Source of the DNA: Bacteroidales bacterium
GTDB taxonomy: Bacteria; Bacteroidota; Bacteroidia; Bacteroidales; UBA932
Length of the DNA: 64,000 bases
NCBI GenBank assembly: GCA_017505605.1
Contig: JAFVOX010000004.1
Span: 18,479-82,478 of the forward strand
Reading direction: 5' to 3'
Shown: positions 39,018-49,269 of the stretch, in pieces
How positions within the stretch are numbered: position 1 is the stretch's first letter
How the letters are laid out: each line of letters opens with the position of its first letter
Notes under the pieces: model-generated
Databases searched by the model: none
What the model was told of the DNA's origin: nothing
The model's input: the letters and a program-made list of their open reading frames with translations, nothing else
Position numbers and translations under genes: made by a program

Positions 39018-39049
39018 TTCTGGTGAAATGAGAAAATAGTTTCCAAAGT

Positions 39050-42000
39050 ATGGATAATAAGAAATTTACATTATGGAACAGGATCACTGCTGTCATCGTG
39101 TTTGCGATCGCTGCCGTGACCTATCTCCTGACCATCGAACCGACCGCCTCGTTCTGGGATTGCGGTGAGTTCATCGCTTCTTCGTACAAGCTTGAAGTCG
39201 GCCACCCGCCGGGAAACCCTGTCTTCCAGCTTTTTGCAAGACTTTTCACAATGTTTACGGACAATATGCACGCTGCTGTGGCCGTAAACGCCTTCAGTGC
39301 AATATGTTCTGCATTGACCATATTCCTGCTTTATCTGACTGTCGTATTCCTTGCCAAGAGGCTTGTAAAGCCTTCTGAGGACGGCACTTACTCTGTTGCC
39401 AAGGCCATTGCGATCTTCGGTTCAGGTGCTGTCGGAGCCCTCGCATATACATTCAGCGACACCTTCTGGTTCTCTGCTGTCGAGGGTGAGGTGTACGCGA
39501 TGTCGTCCCTTTTCACTGCCCTCGTATTCTGGGCGATGACCAAGTGGTACGACCAAGCTGACACACCATATGCCAACAGATGGATCGTCCTCATATCCTT
39601 CCTTATGGGACTTTCGATCGGTATCCACCTCCTCAACCTCCTTGCCATTCCGGCCCTCGTATTCCTTTTCTATTACAAGAGGCGTGAAGATGGTCATTAC
39701 ACAATGAAGGAGTATGTGAAGATATTCGCAGTTTCGGTGGTTATCCTTGCGGTCATACTCTTTGTGATCATACCATATCTCCCTAAGGTCGCGGCTTATT
39801 TTGACCTCTTCTTTGTCAATAAACTGGGACTTCCGTTCAACTCCGGTGCGGCCTTCTTTATGGCGGCCCTTCTGGCAGTTTGTTTTGTGGGACTTTTCCG
39901 CACTATGAAGCAGGAGAAGGTGTTTGCGAACACTGTGCTTCTTTGCTTCACTATGATTGTCATCGGATTCTCGCTTTTCACTATCGTGATCATCCGTTCA
40001 AGTGCAAAGACTCCGACCAACGAGTACCAGCCTGACAATCCTTTCACACTCGTGAGATACCTCGGACGTGAGCAGTATGGAAGCAATCCTCTTGTTTATG
40101 GCGAGTATTTCGGTGCTCCTTATGACATCGAGGAGACTGAGTACTGGGCGCCTATGGGTGACAAGTACATACAGACTCCGGGTCCTGGCAAGGTGATATA
40201 TGACTCTGAGGGAAAGATGTTCTTCCCTCGTATGTGGAGCGGAAGCAGCCCGAGCCATATAGCTGTGTATAAGTCATATATGGGCAAGGGAGGTGTGTCT
40301 GTTGCAGGAGCTGAGCACAAGAAGCCTACTTTCTTCCAGAACCTCGCCTTCTTCTTTGACTATCAGATGAACTGGATGTACTGGCGTTATTTTATGTGGA
40401 ATTTCGCAGGACGTCAGAACGACATACACAGTCCGTCACCGGGAGATCTCTTTGCAGGAAACTGGGAAAGCGGAATCAAGGTGATTGACTCTCTGCGTCT
40501 GGGCGACCAGTCTGACGCGCCGGGCTATCTCAAGGACAACAAGGCGAAGAACCATTATTATATGTTTCCTCTCCTTCTTGGTCTGATCGGTCTGTTCTTC
40601 CAGTTTGCGCGTGACAAGAGGGGCTGCTGGCTGACCTTCATTATGTTCTTTATGACGGGAATAGCCATTGTGATCTACCTCAACCAGCCACCGCTTCAGG
40701 TGCGTGAGCGTGATTATGCGTACGCGGGTTCCTTCTATTCATTCTCTATCTGGATCGGTCTCGCGGTGGCAGCTGTATATTCCTGGATATCAGACAAGAG
40801 CGCCGGTAAGTCTGAGGTAGTGGCAGCGTCTGCAACCGTAGTCCTGATGCTTGGAGTGCCTGCCCTTATGGCAGCCGAGAACTGGGACGACCACGACCGC
40901 AGCAACCGCTACACTGCAGTGGAGATGGCATCGAACTACCTCAACTCAGTAGGAGAGAATGGCATCCTTATTACACACGGTGACAATGACACCTTCCCGC
41001 TCTGGTATGCCCAGGAGGTGGAAAATGTCCGTCCTGACGTGCGTATCGCCAACACATCGCTTCTTGGAACAGACTGGCACATCGATCAGATGAAATGGGC
41101 GATGAACGAGTCCAAGCCTCTCGACCTTACCGTAGGTCCGAAACAGTACCTTTATGGAACGAATGAGTTTGTATATATATATGATACCCGCGACACAGCC
41201 CTCCTCCTTTCGGATGTTATGAGGATATTCAAGCATCCAGATGCAAAGCTGCCGCTTTCAAGCGGAAAGATGGTGGACTACATTATGTCAAGGAAGTTCA
41301 TCGTTCCGGTAAACAAGGAAAATGTCATCAAGTACGGTATTCTGGACGAGAAGTACGAGTCTATGATTCCGGAGTACATAACTCTCACTATTCCTAAGGA
41401 CAAGGATTATCTCACAAAGCCAGAGATCTTTATGCTCGACCTCCTGTCGAACTATCAGTGGGACAGGCCGATCAATCTCCTGAGTATGGGTGGAGACATC
41501 AACATCGGCATCAAGGAGTACCTTATGTATGAGGGATTCTCGTACAAGTTTGTTCCGATAAAGAACAAGATGAAGAGCACGGACATCGGCTTTGCGGATC
41601 CTGAGGACCTCTACTACAAGATGAAGAACGTCTACAAGTGGGATGCTCTAAAGAGACAGGACTATTTCGTTGATTATCAGAATTATTACACATTCTGTGG
41701 TGTTCTCTCCCAGAGAAACCTCTTTGTCAATGCTGCAAAGGAGATGCTCAAGATCGGTGACAAGGAAAGGGCGGTTGAACTCCTTGATATGTGTCAGGAG
41801 AATGTCCCTGCAGAGAACTATCCTCTCGATCTGACCTACCTCGGCTTCTCGAATGAGTATATGGTCATAGATATGATAGAGACCTACTACGATGCGGGTG
41901 CTCCGGACAAGGCCCTTGATCTCGCACAGAGATTCATAGACGAGCTTTTCAACTCGACAATCTTCTTCCTCGAGTACTATGACCTCGCCCAGAAAGAATT

Positions 42001-42118
42001 CGAAAGCTGCTACAACTGCATATCTTACATCGCAGACCTCACCGAGCATTTCGGAGACACCGAGTACGCGGAATCCGTCCGCAACCGCTTCAACTCCCTG
42101 CTTGACATAGAAGAATAG
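39050..42118 (+). CDS. DUF2723-domain membrane protein (TMEM260-like GT-C glycosyltransferase)
   Basis: SFWDCGEFI...LEVGHPPG, FWFSAVEGEVY, RERDYAY, GDNDTFPLWY; many TM segments. Confidence 0.85.
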   Translation: MDNKKFTLWNRITAVIVFAIAAVTYLLTIEPTASFWDCGEFIASSYKLEVGHPPGNPVFQLFARLFTMFTDNMHAAVAVNAFSAICSALTIFLLYLTVVFLAKRLVKPSEDGTYSVAKAIAIFGSGAVGALAYTFSDTFWFSAVEGEVYAMSSLFTALVFWAMTKWYDQADTPYANRWIVLISFLMGLSIGIHLLNLLAIPALVFLFYYKRREDGHYTMKEYVKIFAVSVVILAVILFVIIPYLPKVAAYFDLFFVNKLGLPFNSGAAFFMAALLAVCFVGLFRTMKQEKVFANTVLLCFTMIVIGFSLFTIVIIRSSAKTPTNEYQPDNPFTLVRYLGREQYGSNPLVYGEYFGAPYDIEETEYWAPMGDKYIQTPGPGKVIYDSEGKMFFPRMWSGSSPSHIAVYKSYMGKGGVSVAGAEHKKPTFFQNLAFFFDYQMNWMYWRYFMWNFAGRQNDIHSPSPGDLFAGNWESGIKVIDSLRLGDQSDAPGYLKDNKAKNHYYMFPLLLGLIGLFFQFARDKRGCWLTFIMFFMTGIAIVIYLNQPPLQVRERDYAYAGSFYSFSIWIGLAVAAVYSWISDKSAGKSEVVAASATVVLMLGVPALMAAENWDDHDRSNRYTAVEMASNYLNSVGENGILITHGDNDTFPLWYAQEVENVRPDVRIANTSLLGTDWHIDQMKWAMNESKPLDLTVGPKQYLYGTNEFVYIYDTRDTALLLSDVMRIFKHPDAKLPLSSGKMVDYIMSRKFIVPVNKENVIKYGILDEKYESMIPEYITLTIPKDKDYLTKPEIFMLDLLSNYQWDRPINLLSMGGDINIGIKEYLMYEGFSYKFVPIKNKMKSTDIGFADPEDLYYKMKNVYKWDALKRQDYFVDYQNYYTFCGVLSQRNLFVNAAKEMLKIGDKERAVELLDMCQENVPAENYPLDLTYLGFSNEYMVIDMIETYYDAGAPDKALDLAQRFIDELFNSTIFFLEYYDLAQKEFESCYNCISYIADLTEHFGDTEYAESVRNRFNSLLDIEE

Positions 42119-42120
42119 CT

Positions 42121-42158
42121 AAAGAGGGCGACTAATAAGTGATTTAGTCGCCTTCTTT
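42121..42158 (+). terminator. Intrinsic terminator after the DUF2723 gene
   Basis: AAAGAGGGCGACTAA/TTAGTCGCCTTCTTT stem. Confidence 0.7.
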
Positions 42159-42181
42159 CGTATTTATATGGACATGATGAC

Positions 42182-42317
42182 AGTGGCGGTAGGGTAAGTT
42201 TGGCTTGGTTTCGTCGGAACGAGTTCCGACTTCATCCCTCCCACGACTTCGTCGCGGGCCCCTCCCGTTCACGAGGCCACGGGCGGCCACGCCATCCAAA
42301 CTTACCCTACCGCCACT
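42182..42317. repeat. 136-bp palindromic element with perfect 22-bp terminal inverted repeats
   Basis: AGTGGCGGTAGGGTAAGTTTGG / CCAAACTTACCCTACCGCCACT enclosing three internal hairpins. Confidence 0.8.
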
Positions 42318-42363
42318 TCAAATCTTTTCCCATTGCTCTATCTTCAAATGAGCTTTTCTGGAC

Positions 42364-42472
42364 AACTGCGCAGTTTTTTATATGAAAAATGACACAGTGG
42401 TGGGGCTAAAAGGCAGTTTCGCTTGAAAACTAGGACCACTGTGTCGATTTTAGGGTTGAAAATGACACAGTG
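42364..42472. repeat. 36-bp hairpin doublet downstream of the RAYT-like gene
   Basis: Units 42364-42399 (degenerate left arm) and 42437-42472; 73-bp period. Confidence 0.85.
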
Positions 42473-42495
42473 GTGAAGCTGGTGTGTAAAATTTG

Positions 42496-43422
42496 CTAAA
42501 ATGGATAGGACATTGCAAGACATCTTCGTATTTGTGCTTCACTGAGGTGTCTGGTACGGTGCAATTCCAGAGCTGTCAGCTGCTTCTCCCTTTCTGTGAG
42601 CTGGTAGACAGAATGTCTCCCGTACCTGCTGCGTGCAAGTTGATCTAATTCTGTACAAAGATCTATGTCAGACACTTTCCTGTAGTCCGCTTTGCCCGCT
42701 TCGAAGGAAACCATTCTGTCGATGCTGTGTAGTCTTATTCCGTTCTCTATCTCGGTCATAGTGACAGGTAAGTTTCCATCTCCGTCTTTTCTCTGTTCTT
42801 CTTTCCATTCTTCAGAAGACCTGCGGGTCATATAATAGTTGAATGCACGAGGAGAAATGAACAGATCTTCGACTTGGGGAATGTCAAGAACTGTTTCTCT
42901 GAGGAACACCCCGCTTTCGGACATCTTGTAACTATCGGGATACTCAGCCCGTCTTCCGATGTGCTTTGAATAATGGCACTCAAGAAGGAGGTCCTCCTTA
43001 TGGAACTTTCCCATTTCTGATCTGAAGATTGCGTTTGCGGAGCAGTGAGGATAGGCATATGGAATGGACACTACCCCGTGGTGCACAGCATTTCTGAGAG
43101 TGTAGCTCATAGCTGCCAGTTTGTGATGGTGCCCGACGACTTCAAGTGTGAAGTGCTGGTTTTCGCCAAGTCTGCCATCTCTTTGGTACTTGTTGTTGAA
43201 ATACATACTATATGGCTGCCTGAAATGCCACATAAATTCTTTGGGATCAGAAGTCTGGATGACCTGATGTGTATGTGTTGCCATAAAAGCCTCGACAAGA
43301 CCAGTAGATCCGGTCTTATGTAACGCCAATGCAAAACAATTGAATCCTCGGTTGTAATCTTCCAGATCACGGAACATTATCTCATCTCCTGCCGAAAGGC
43401 AGACGTGGTAGGTCTTTTTCAT
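42496..43422 (-). mobile_element. REP-associated tyrosine transposase-like (RAYT / Y1 HUH) with C-terminal extension
   Basis: YHV..IMFRDLEDY; HUH-like FMATHTH; YSMYFNNKYQRDGRL; catalytic Tyr in SYTLRNAVHHG; YPHCS. Hairpin repeats on both sides. Confidence 0.82.
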
Positions 43423-43559
43423 ATCATTTTATCCTTTACTCGTTCCTTCTCAACGTTCTTTCCCCACATCTCTCTCGAAATGTATGAAGTAGTGAACAAA
43501 TGTATGAAAAAAGCTGTAAGAGTGATTGTGGTTTTATGTTTTTCTGCATTTTTTGCCAC

Positions 43560-43668
43560 CACTGTGTCAATTATTACTATAAAAATGGTACAGTGATAGG
43601 CTAATAGCGTGTTTTTGAGTGAATTGTATGAGCACTGTGTCGATTTTAGGGGTGAAAATGACACAGTG
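43560..43668. repeat. 36-bp hairpin doublet upstream of the RAYT-like gene
   Basis: Units 43560-43595 and 43633-43668; the second is 35/36 identical to 42437-42472. Confidence 0.88.
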
Positions 43669-43681
43669 GTTGACCGGCAAG

Positions 43682-43720
43682 AAAAGTGTGTGCTCTGGAT
43701 TATGCAGAACACACACTTTT
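43682..43720 (-). terminator. Probable terminator of the methyltransferase gene
   Basis: AAAAGTGTGTG/CACACACTTTT stem. Confidence 0.55.
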
Positions 43721-43798
43721 TATCCGTAAATTCGGCTTATATCTGTAATCGCGAGTTTGTTGACGAATCTCTGTCATTTCCGTCTTGCCGGAACGTCA

Positions 43799-44734
43799 TT
43801 ATCGTGCGAGGCGGACGAAGACGCTCAGGGGCAGGTTTTTGCCGTAGGAGTCGCGCAGGACGAGTTCTCCGAAGTCGAGCGACCTGTAGGCGTTCTTGAG
43901 GCAGAAGTTCTGTTTTACGATTGTCTCTCCCAGGACTGCCGAGTAACCGTTTGAGTAGAGGTTCAGGACCATAAAGCTGTCCTGAGGGGCGAGGATGGCT
44001 GCAACGCACTGGAGCATTTCGTTCAGGCATTCGTCCAGTTTCCATTTCTCTCCGTCAGGGCCGTGGCCGTATGCCGGCGGGTCGAGGATGATGCCCTGGT
44101 AGGTGTTTCCTCTCTTGGCTTCTCTGCGTGCGAACTTGAGTGCGTCCTCTACTATCCATCTGATGTTGTCCAGGCGGCTTGCCTCCATATTTCCACGTGC
44201 CCAGGTCACGACCTGACGTACAGAGTCGAGGTGTGTCACGTCAGCGCCTGCGGCCTTGGCGGCGAGCGACGCTGCTCCGGTATATGCAAAGAGATTCAGC
44301 ACCTTAGGCTTCGGCTTTCCTTCTGCCTCTGCCTTTTCTACAAGGGCGCGGGTCTGTCTGTATATATATTCCCAGTTGGCTGACTGCTCCGGGAAAACTC
44401 CTACGTGCTTGAACGAGGTGAGTCCGAGTCTGAGCGAGAAGTCGAGACCTTCCTGTGCGCCTTTGTAGCGGATGTACCACTGGTCGTCCATCTTCTTGCG
44501 GCGCTCCCAGGTACCGCTGTCCTCCTTGCCTGCCTTGCCGAAGCCTGCACCTGTCTTGAAACGGGTGTGGATCAGCTTGTTCCACTCTCCTTCAGAGAGG
44601 GACTTTTCCCACAGGGCCTTAGGCTCGGGGCGTGCCATAATGAACGGTCCGAACCTTTCGAGTTTTTCGAAATTGCCTGAATCAATGAGTTCGTAGTCTT
44701 TCCAGAATGCACCTGGACTTTCAATGGTCATCAT
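43799..44734 (-). CDS. Class I SAM-dependent RNA methyltransferase (RlmI/RlmK-like)
   Basis: YELIDSGNFEKLERFG, FKHVGVFPEQ, VLNLFAYTG, ILDPPAYG. Confidence 0.85.
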   Translation of the reverse strand: MMTIESPGAFWKDYELIDSGNFEKLERFGPFIMARPEPKALWEKSLSEGEWNKLIHTRFKTGAGFGKAGKEDSGTWERRKKMDDQWYIRYKGAQEGLDFSLRLGLTSFKHVGVFPEQSANWEYIYRQTRALVEKAEAEGKPKPKVLNLFAYTGAASLAAKAAGADVTHLDSVRQVVTWARGNMEASRLDNIRWIVEDALKFARREAKRGNTYQGIILDPPAYGHGPDGEKWKLDECLNEMLQCVAAILAPQDSFMVLNLYSNGYSAVLGETIVKQNFCLKNAYRSLDFGELVLRDSYGKNLPLSVFVRLAR

Positions 44735-44838
44735 AAAGGGTATATTTTTACCTCGCAAAGATAGGTAAATTCTTGTATTTCCACGAAAATTGCTAAATTT
44801 GCTCGGATTTAGAAAACAACAAACATTACTATACAATT

Positions 44839-46089
44839 ATGCAACAGTTTATTGACACTTACGATTTCGCCGGCAAGAAAGCTATTGTCCGCGTAGACTT
44901 CAACGTTCCTCTCAATGAGAAGATGGAGATCACTGATGACACACGTATCCGTGCTGCTATCCCTACACTTAAGAAAGTTCTTGAGAAGGGTGGTGCTGTG
45001 ATCGTTATGTCACACCTTGGCCGTCCAAAGGGCGTTACTGAGAAATTCTCTCTCAAGCACATCCTCGGCCGCGTTGAGGAGCTCCTCGGAGCACCTGTCA
45101 AGTTCGCTGACGACTGCCAGGCTGCAGACGAGCAGGTAGCTGCCCTCAAGATGGGTGAGTGCCTCGTACTCGAGAACCTCCGTTTCTACGCTGAGGAGGA
45201 GGGCAAGCCAAGAGGCGAGTTCGCTACAGACGAAGAGAAGAAGGCTGCCAAGGCAGTTGTGAAGGAGAACCAGAAGGAGTTCGTGAAGAAGCTTGCTTCT
45301 TACGCTGACTGCTACATCAACGACGCATTCGGTACTGCACACCGTGCACACGCATCTACAGCCCTCATCGCTGACTACTTCCCTAATGACAAGATGTTCG
45401 GTTATGTGATGGAAGGCGAGATCAAGGCTATCGACCACGTCCTCAAGACTCCTGAGCACCCTGTAACTGCTATCGTAGGTGGTGCAAAGGTTTCTTCAAA
45501 GATCACTATCATCGAGAAACTCTTCGATGCAGTTGACAATATGATCATCGGTGGTGGTATGGTTTACACATTCAAGAAGGCTCAGGGTGGTCAGATCGGC
45601 CGTTCACTCTGTGAGGACGACCAGATGCAGCTCGCTCTCGACACTCTCAAGAAGGCAGAGGAGAAGGGCGTGAAGATCTATCTCTCTAAGGAGGTTGTGA
45701 TCGCTGACGATTTCTCTAACGACGCTAACACCAAGATCTGCCTCAACTCAGAGATTCCTGACGGTTGGGAAGGTATGGACGCAGCTCCAAGCACTCTCGC
45801 TATGTGGGAGGAGGTTCTTATGAACTCTAAGACTATCCTTTGGAACGGTCCTGTAGGTGTGTTCGAGATTCCTGCATTCGCTAAGGGTACAAACCGCATC
45901 GCTGAGATCCTTGCTAAGGCAACAGCAGAGAACGGCGCATTCACCCTCGTAGGTGGTGGTGACTCAGTGGCAGCTGTAACTCAGATGGGTTACGCAAACA
46001 AGGTAAGCTACGTTTCAACAGGTGGTGGCGCTATGCTCGAGTACCTCGAGGGCAAGGAGCTCCCAGGTATCGCAGCAATCCGCAAGTAA
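44839..46089 (+). CDS. pgk: Phosphoglycerate kinase
   Basis: [43 protein letters not shown]. Confidence 0.98.
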   Translation: MQQFIDTYDFAGKKAIVRVDFNVPLNEKMEITDDTRIRAAIPTLKKVLEKGGAVIVMSHLGRPKGVTEKFSLKHILGRVEELLGAPVKFADDCQAADEQVAALKMGECLVLENLRFYAEEEGKPRGEFATDEEKKAAKAVVKENQKEFVKKLASYADCYINDAFGTAHRAHASTALIADYFPNDKMFGYVMEGEIKAIDHVLKTPEHPVTAIVGGAKVSSKITIIEKLFDAVDNMIIGGGMVYTFKKAQGGQIGRSLCEDDQMQLALDTLKKAEEKGVKIYLSKEVVIADDFSNDANTKICLNSEIPDGWEGMDAAPSTLAMWEEVLMNSKTILWNGPVGVFEIPAFAKGTNRIAEILAKATAENGAFTLVGGGDSVAAVTQMGYANKVSYVSTGGGAMLEYLEGKELPGIAAIRK

Positions 46090-46126
46090 TCTGAACAACA
46101 GACAGCCAATATTGGCATATATTACG

Positions 46127-46156
46127 CAATTGGTGGGCAAATTTGCTCACCAATTG
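46127..46156 (+). terminator. Near-perfect palindrome after pgk (probable terminator)
   Basis: CAATTGGTGGGCAAATTTGCTCACCAATTG. Confidence 0.55.
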
Positions 46157-46231
46157 TCGTTTAATGCGCTTGTGTTAGGGATTTAGTTTCGTAAATGTTA
46201 TCTTTGCAGGTTGATTTAATACTATAAGACT

Positions 46232-47113
46232 ATGTTAGAGACATTGGTGGTTAACTGGCATACGAATCCGGAACTCTTTTCTATAGGTCCGATCTCACTC
46301 AGATGGTATTCGTTGCTTTTCATTTCAGGATTTATCCTTGGCTGGTACATCTTCAAGTGGTTCTTCAAGAGAGAGGGAGTCCCTCAGACTCTTCTGGATC
46401 CGCTTCTCTATACTCTCCTTATCGGTACGATCGTAGGCGCCCGACTCGGACACTGTCTGTTCTATCAGCCTGACTACTATCTTGGCAGCTGGCAGGGCTT
46501 CTGGGAGATCTTTATGCCTTGGAAGGGAGGACTTGCAAGTCACGGAGGTACCATCGCTCTGTTTATTGCAATGATCTGGTTTGCAAGGCATTATGGCCGT
46601 AAGTATGACTTCGATTTTGTGTGGATTCTTGACCATCTTGCCATCGCTGTGTGCTTTGCAGCTACATTCATCCGTCTTGGCAATCTCTTCAATTCGGAGA
46701 TTTACGGTGATGTGACCAGCCTTCCTTGGGGATTCATATTTGAACTCAGGGGAGAGACAGAGCCTAAGCATCCGACCCAGCTTTATGAGGCTCTCAGCTA
46801 CTTCCTTCTCGGAGTCTTCCAGATCCTTATGTACAAGTGCAGACTGCCAAAACTTCACCGCGGATTCTTCATCGGAACCTTCTTCATCGGATGTTTCGGA
46901 ATGCGTTTCCTCATAGAGTTCATCAAGGAACCTCAGGTAGGTTTCGAGCAGGATATGGTGCTCAATATGGGACAGTGGCTCAGTGTGCCGTTCATCCTCC
47001 TGGGAATAGGATTCCTGATTTACAGTCAGATAAAGAAACAGCCGGCAGCAATCGTGCATCCGGAGAAGAAGAAAGCTGCGCCTACAAATTATGCAAAGAG
47101 CCTTGTCAAATAG
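46232..47113 (+). CDS. lgt: Prolipoprotein diacylglyceryl transferase
   Basis: LRWYS, GARLGHCLFY, GGLASHGG, IRLGNLFNSEIYG, HPTQLYEA, MGQWLS. Confidence 0.95.
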   Translation: MLETLVVNWHTNPELFSIGPISLRWYSLLFISGFILGWYIFKWFFKREGVPQTLLDPLLYTLLIGTIVGARLGHCLFYQPDYYLGSWQGFWEIFMPWKGGLASHGGTIALFIAMIWFARHYGRKYDFDFVWILDHLAIAVCFAATFIRLGNLFNSEIYGDVTSLPWGFIFELRGETEPKHPTQLYEALSYFLLGVFQILMYKCRLPKLHRGFFIGTFFIGCFGMRFLIEFIKEPQVGFEQDMVLNMGQWLSVPFILLGIGFLIYSQIKKQPAAIVHPEKKKAAPTNYAKSLVK

Positions 47114-47672
47114 CAGGATAGAAAAGGTGCTGGACTTTCTTGAGAAGAACGGTCTGGCTTATCAGATGCACACGCATCCGCCCCTTCCGACCATTGAACT
47201 GGCCCTGGAGTATTGGAAGAATATAGATTCTACACATTGCAAGAACCTGTTCTTCCGTAACCACAAGGGAAACCGCCATTATCTGGTGGTCTTCGAATGT
47301 CACAAGGTGCTTGACATCCATTCCCTTGAGCATAAACTCCGTCAGGGAAAGCTGTCATTTGCATCTTCCGAGAGGATGGAGCGCTGTCTGGGACTTCTTC
47401 CCGGTTCGGTGTCGCCTCTGGGACTGATCAATGACATAGGCCTTGCCGAAACCGATGACACCGGAGTAGTCTCAGCCGCTGAAGGTGTGGCTGCAAAAGA
47501 GCTCTTCCCTAACGGACATAGAGTCAAGCTTTTCCTTGACCAGGATCTCAGGGAAGCGGAGAGGGTGAGCTTTCATCCTTGTGACAACACGGCAAGCGTA
47601 GTGCTCTCAAATGCCGATTTTATGAAATTCCTCGAATTGTGGGGTGGAGAGTACGAGTGGCTTGATTTTTGA
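47091..47672 (+). CDS. YbaK/ProXp-ala-like aminoacyl-tRNA editing domain protein
   Basis: HPPLPT, CKNLFFRNHKG, LSFAS, PGSVSPLGLIND, FHPCDNTAS. Confidence 0.88.
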   Translation: MQRALSNSRIEKVLDFLEKNGLAYQMHTHPPLPTIELALEYWKNIDSTHCKNLFFRNHKGNRHYLVVFECHKVLDIHSLEHKLRQGKLSFASSERMERCLGLLPGSVSPLGLINDIGLAETDDTGVVSAAEGVAAKELFPNGHRVKLFLDQDLREAERVSFHPCDNTASVVLSNADFMKFLELWGGEYEWLDF

Positions 47673-47716
47673 TAGAAAATCGCGCCTTTGAACTAAATTA
47701 TATTACAATCATATTT

Positions 47717-49252
47717 ATGAAGAAATCAGTAGTGTTAATTCCTGCAGTCATTGCAGCCCTCGCTGTTTCTCTTCCGGCGTCAGCCCAGTATAGGGAGGAT
47801 GTCCCAAAGAGTGATGTCGAGGCCATTCTCGATGAGGCTGGCTCGGCAGAGGAGCCTGTGGTGATTACATTGGAGCAGGCGTTGGAGATCGCCTTGAGTG
47901 AAAATATATCGGTAAAAGTGGCCGATATGGAGATTGAAAGGTCTGAATATGCAAAGAAGGGCTCCTACGCAGCCCTCTGGCCGCAGATCGATGCGTCCGG
48001 AGCATATCAGAGAACCATCAAGAAGCAGGTGATGTATATGGACTTCGATATGAGCTCGCTCGGCGGAATGCTCGGCGGCGGTACCGGTGAAGGGGAAGGA
48101 ACGGAGCTTCCTGACGGTGTGGAACTTCCGGACGGAATGGAGATTCCAGGTGGAGCGGGTTCGTCAACAGAAGACAAGCCATCTTCTTCAAACGGCGGCG
48201 GAATGGAAGTCGGCCGTTGGAACACCTGGAGCACCGGAGTGTCGGCAGCGATGCCTCTTGTAAACGCTCAGCTGTGGCAGAGCCTCAAGATCTCCGGAAT
48301 GGATGTGGAGCTTGCAGTCGAGAAGGCCCGTGCCTCACGTCTTGATATGGTGACACAGGTAAAGCAGGCATATTACAGCGTCCTCCTTTCGAAGCAGGCC
48401 TTCGATGTGTACAAGCAGGTTTATGAGAATGCGGTGAGAAACTACGAGGAGACCCAGAAGAAGTACGACGCCGAGAAGGCTTCGGAAATGGAGCTTATCC
48501 GTTCGAAGACTACCGTAGCTAACGCAATACCTAATGTCTACAATGCCGAGAGTTCGGTCATTCTGGCCTTGTGGCAGCTCAAGGCTGTCCTGGGAGTGGA
48601 TCTTGAGATGAACATCGACGTGGCAGGTGCCCTTGAGGACTACGGCCAGCAGATGTTTTACGACATCCACAGTCACGACGGGGCAACCCTTGAGGACAAC
48701 ACAACGATGAAGCAGCTCGCCATCCAGACAGAGCAGCTTGCCCAGATGGTGAAGATGCAGAAGTTCGCCAACATTCCATCTCTTGCCCTCGCATTCAACT
48801 ATTCGATCAATGCGATGACAAACGACTTCAACTTCAGCGAGTACAAGTGGACTCCATATTCATATGTAGGACTCAGCCTCAGCATCCCTATCTTCGCAGG
48901 TGGAAAGCGCTATAACGCAATCCGTCAGTCAGAAAATCAGTACAAGCAGGTTCAGCTCCAGAGCCTCAACACAGAGCGACAGCTCAAGATAGTCATCCGT
49001 CAGCATCTCACCACAATGGAGATGAATATGAAGAGCTATTATGCAGCGCAGGATGCAGTAGCATCAGCTCAGAAGGGTTACGACATTATGGAGATGTCCT
49101 ACCAGGTGGGCCGCGGAACCCTCATTGAGCTCAATGACGCCCAGCTCGCCCTTACACAGGCCCAGCTTGCCGAGTCGCAGGCAATATATAACTTCCTCAA
49201 CGCCAAGGCTCAGCTCGAGCAGACTTTGGGACAGGATTTCATCGTAGAATAA
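47717..49252 (+). CDS. TolC-family outer membrane efflux protein
   Basis: Signal peptide; ITLEQALEIAL; GLSLSIPIFAGG; GRGTLIELNDAQ. Confidence 0.9.
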   Translation: MKKSVVLIPAVIAALAVSLPASAQYREDVPKSDVEAILDEAGSAEEPVVITLEQALEIALSENISVKVADMEIERSEYAKKGSYAALWPQIDASGAYQRTIKKQVMYMDFDMSSLGGMLGGGTGEGEGTELPDGVELPDGMEIPGGAGSSTEDKPSSSNGGGMEVGRWNTWSTGVSAAMPLVNAQLWQSLKISGMDVELAVEKARASRLDMVTQVKQAYYSVLLSKQAFDVYKQVYENAVRNYEETQKKYDAEKASEMELIRSKTTVANAIPNVYNAESSVILALWQLKAVLGVDLEMNIDVAGALEDYGQQMFYDIHSHDGATLEDNTTMKQLAIQTEQLAQMVKMQKFANIPSLALAFNYSINAMTNDFNFSEYKWTPYSYVGLSLSIPIFAGGKRYNAIRQSENQYKQVQLQSLNTERQLKIVIRQHLTTMEMNMKSYYAAQDAVASAQKGYDIMEMSYQVGRGTLIELNDAQLALTQAQLAESQAIYNFLNAKAQLEQTLGQDFIVE

Positions 49253-49269
49253 ATAAAAAGAAGACATAA

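Noticed and set aside
42200-42385. Short ORFs across repeat regions (also 15646-16020, 15938-16159, 43419-43712)
   Set aside because: They are translations of palindromic repeats with no coding signal.
42364-43668. 36-bp repeat with 37-bp spacer read as a CRISPR mini-array (also 16002-16110)
   Set aside because: Only two units per site, the interiors of the repeats vary, there is no leader or cas gene, and the neighbour is an HUH transposase. REP doublets fit better.
44735-44836. Upstream extension of the methyltransferase ORF
   Set aside because: It runs through the divergent promoter region shared with pgk; family similarity begins near Met 44734.
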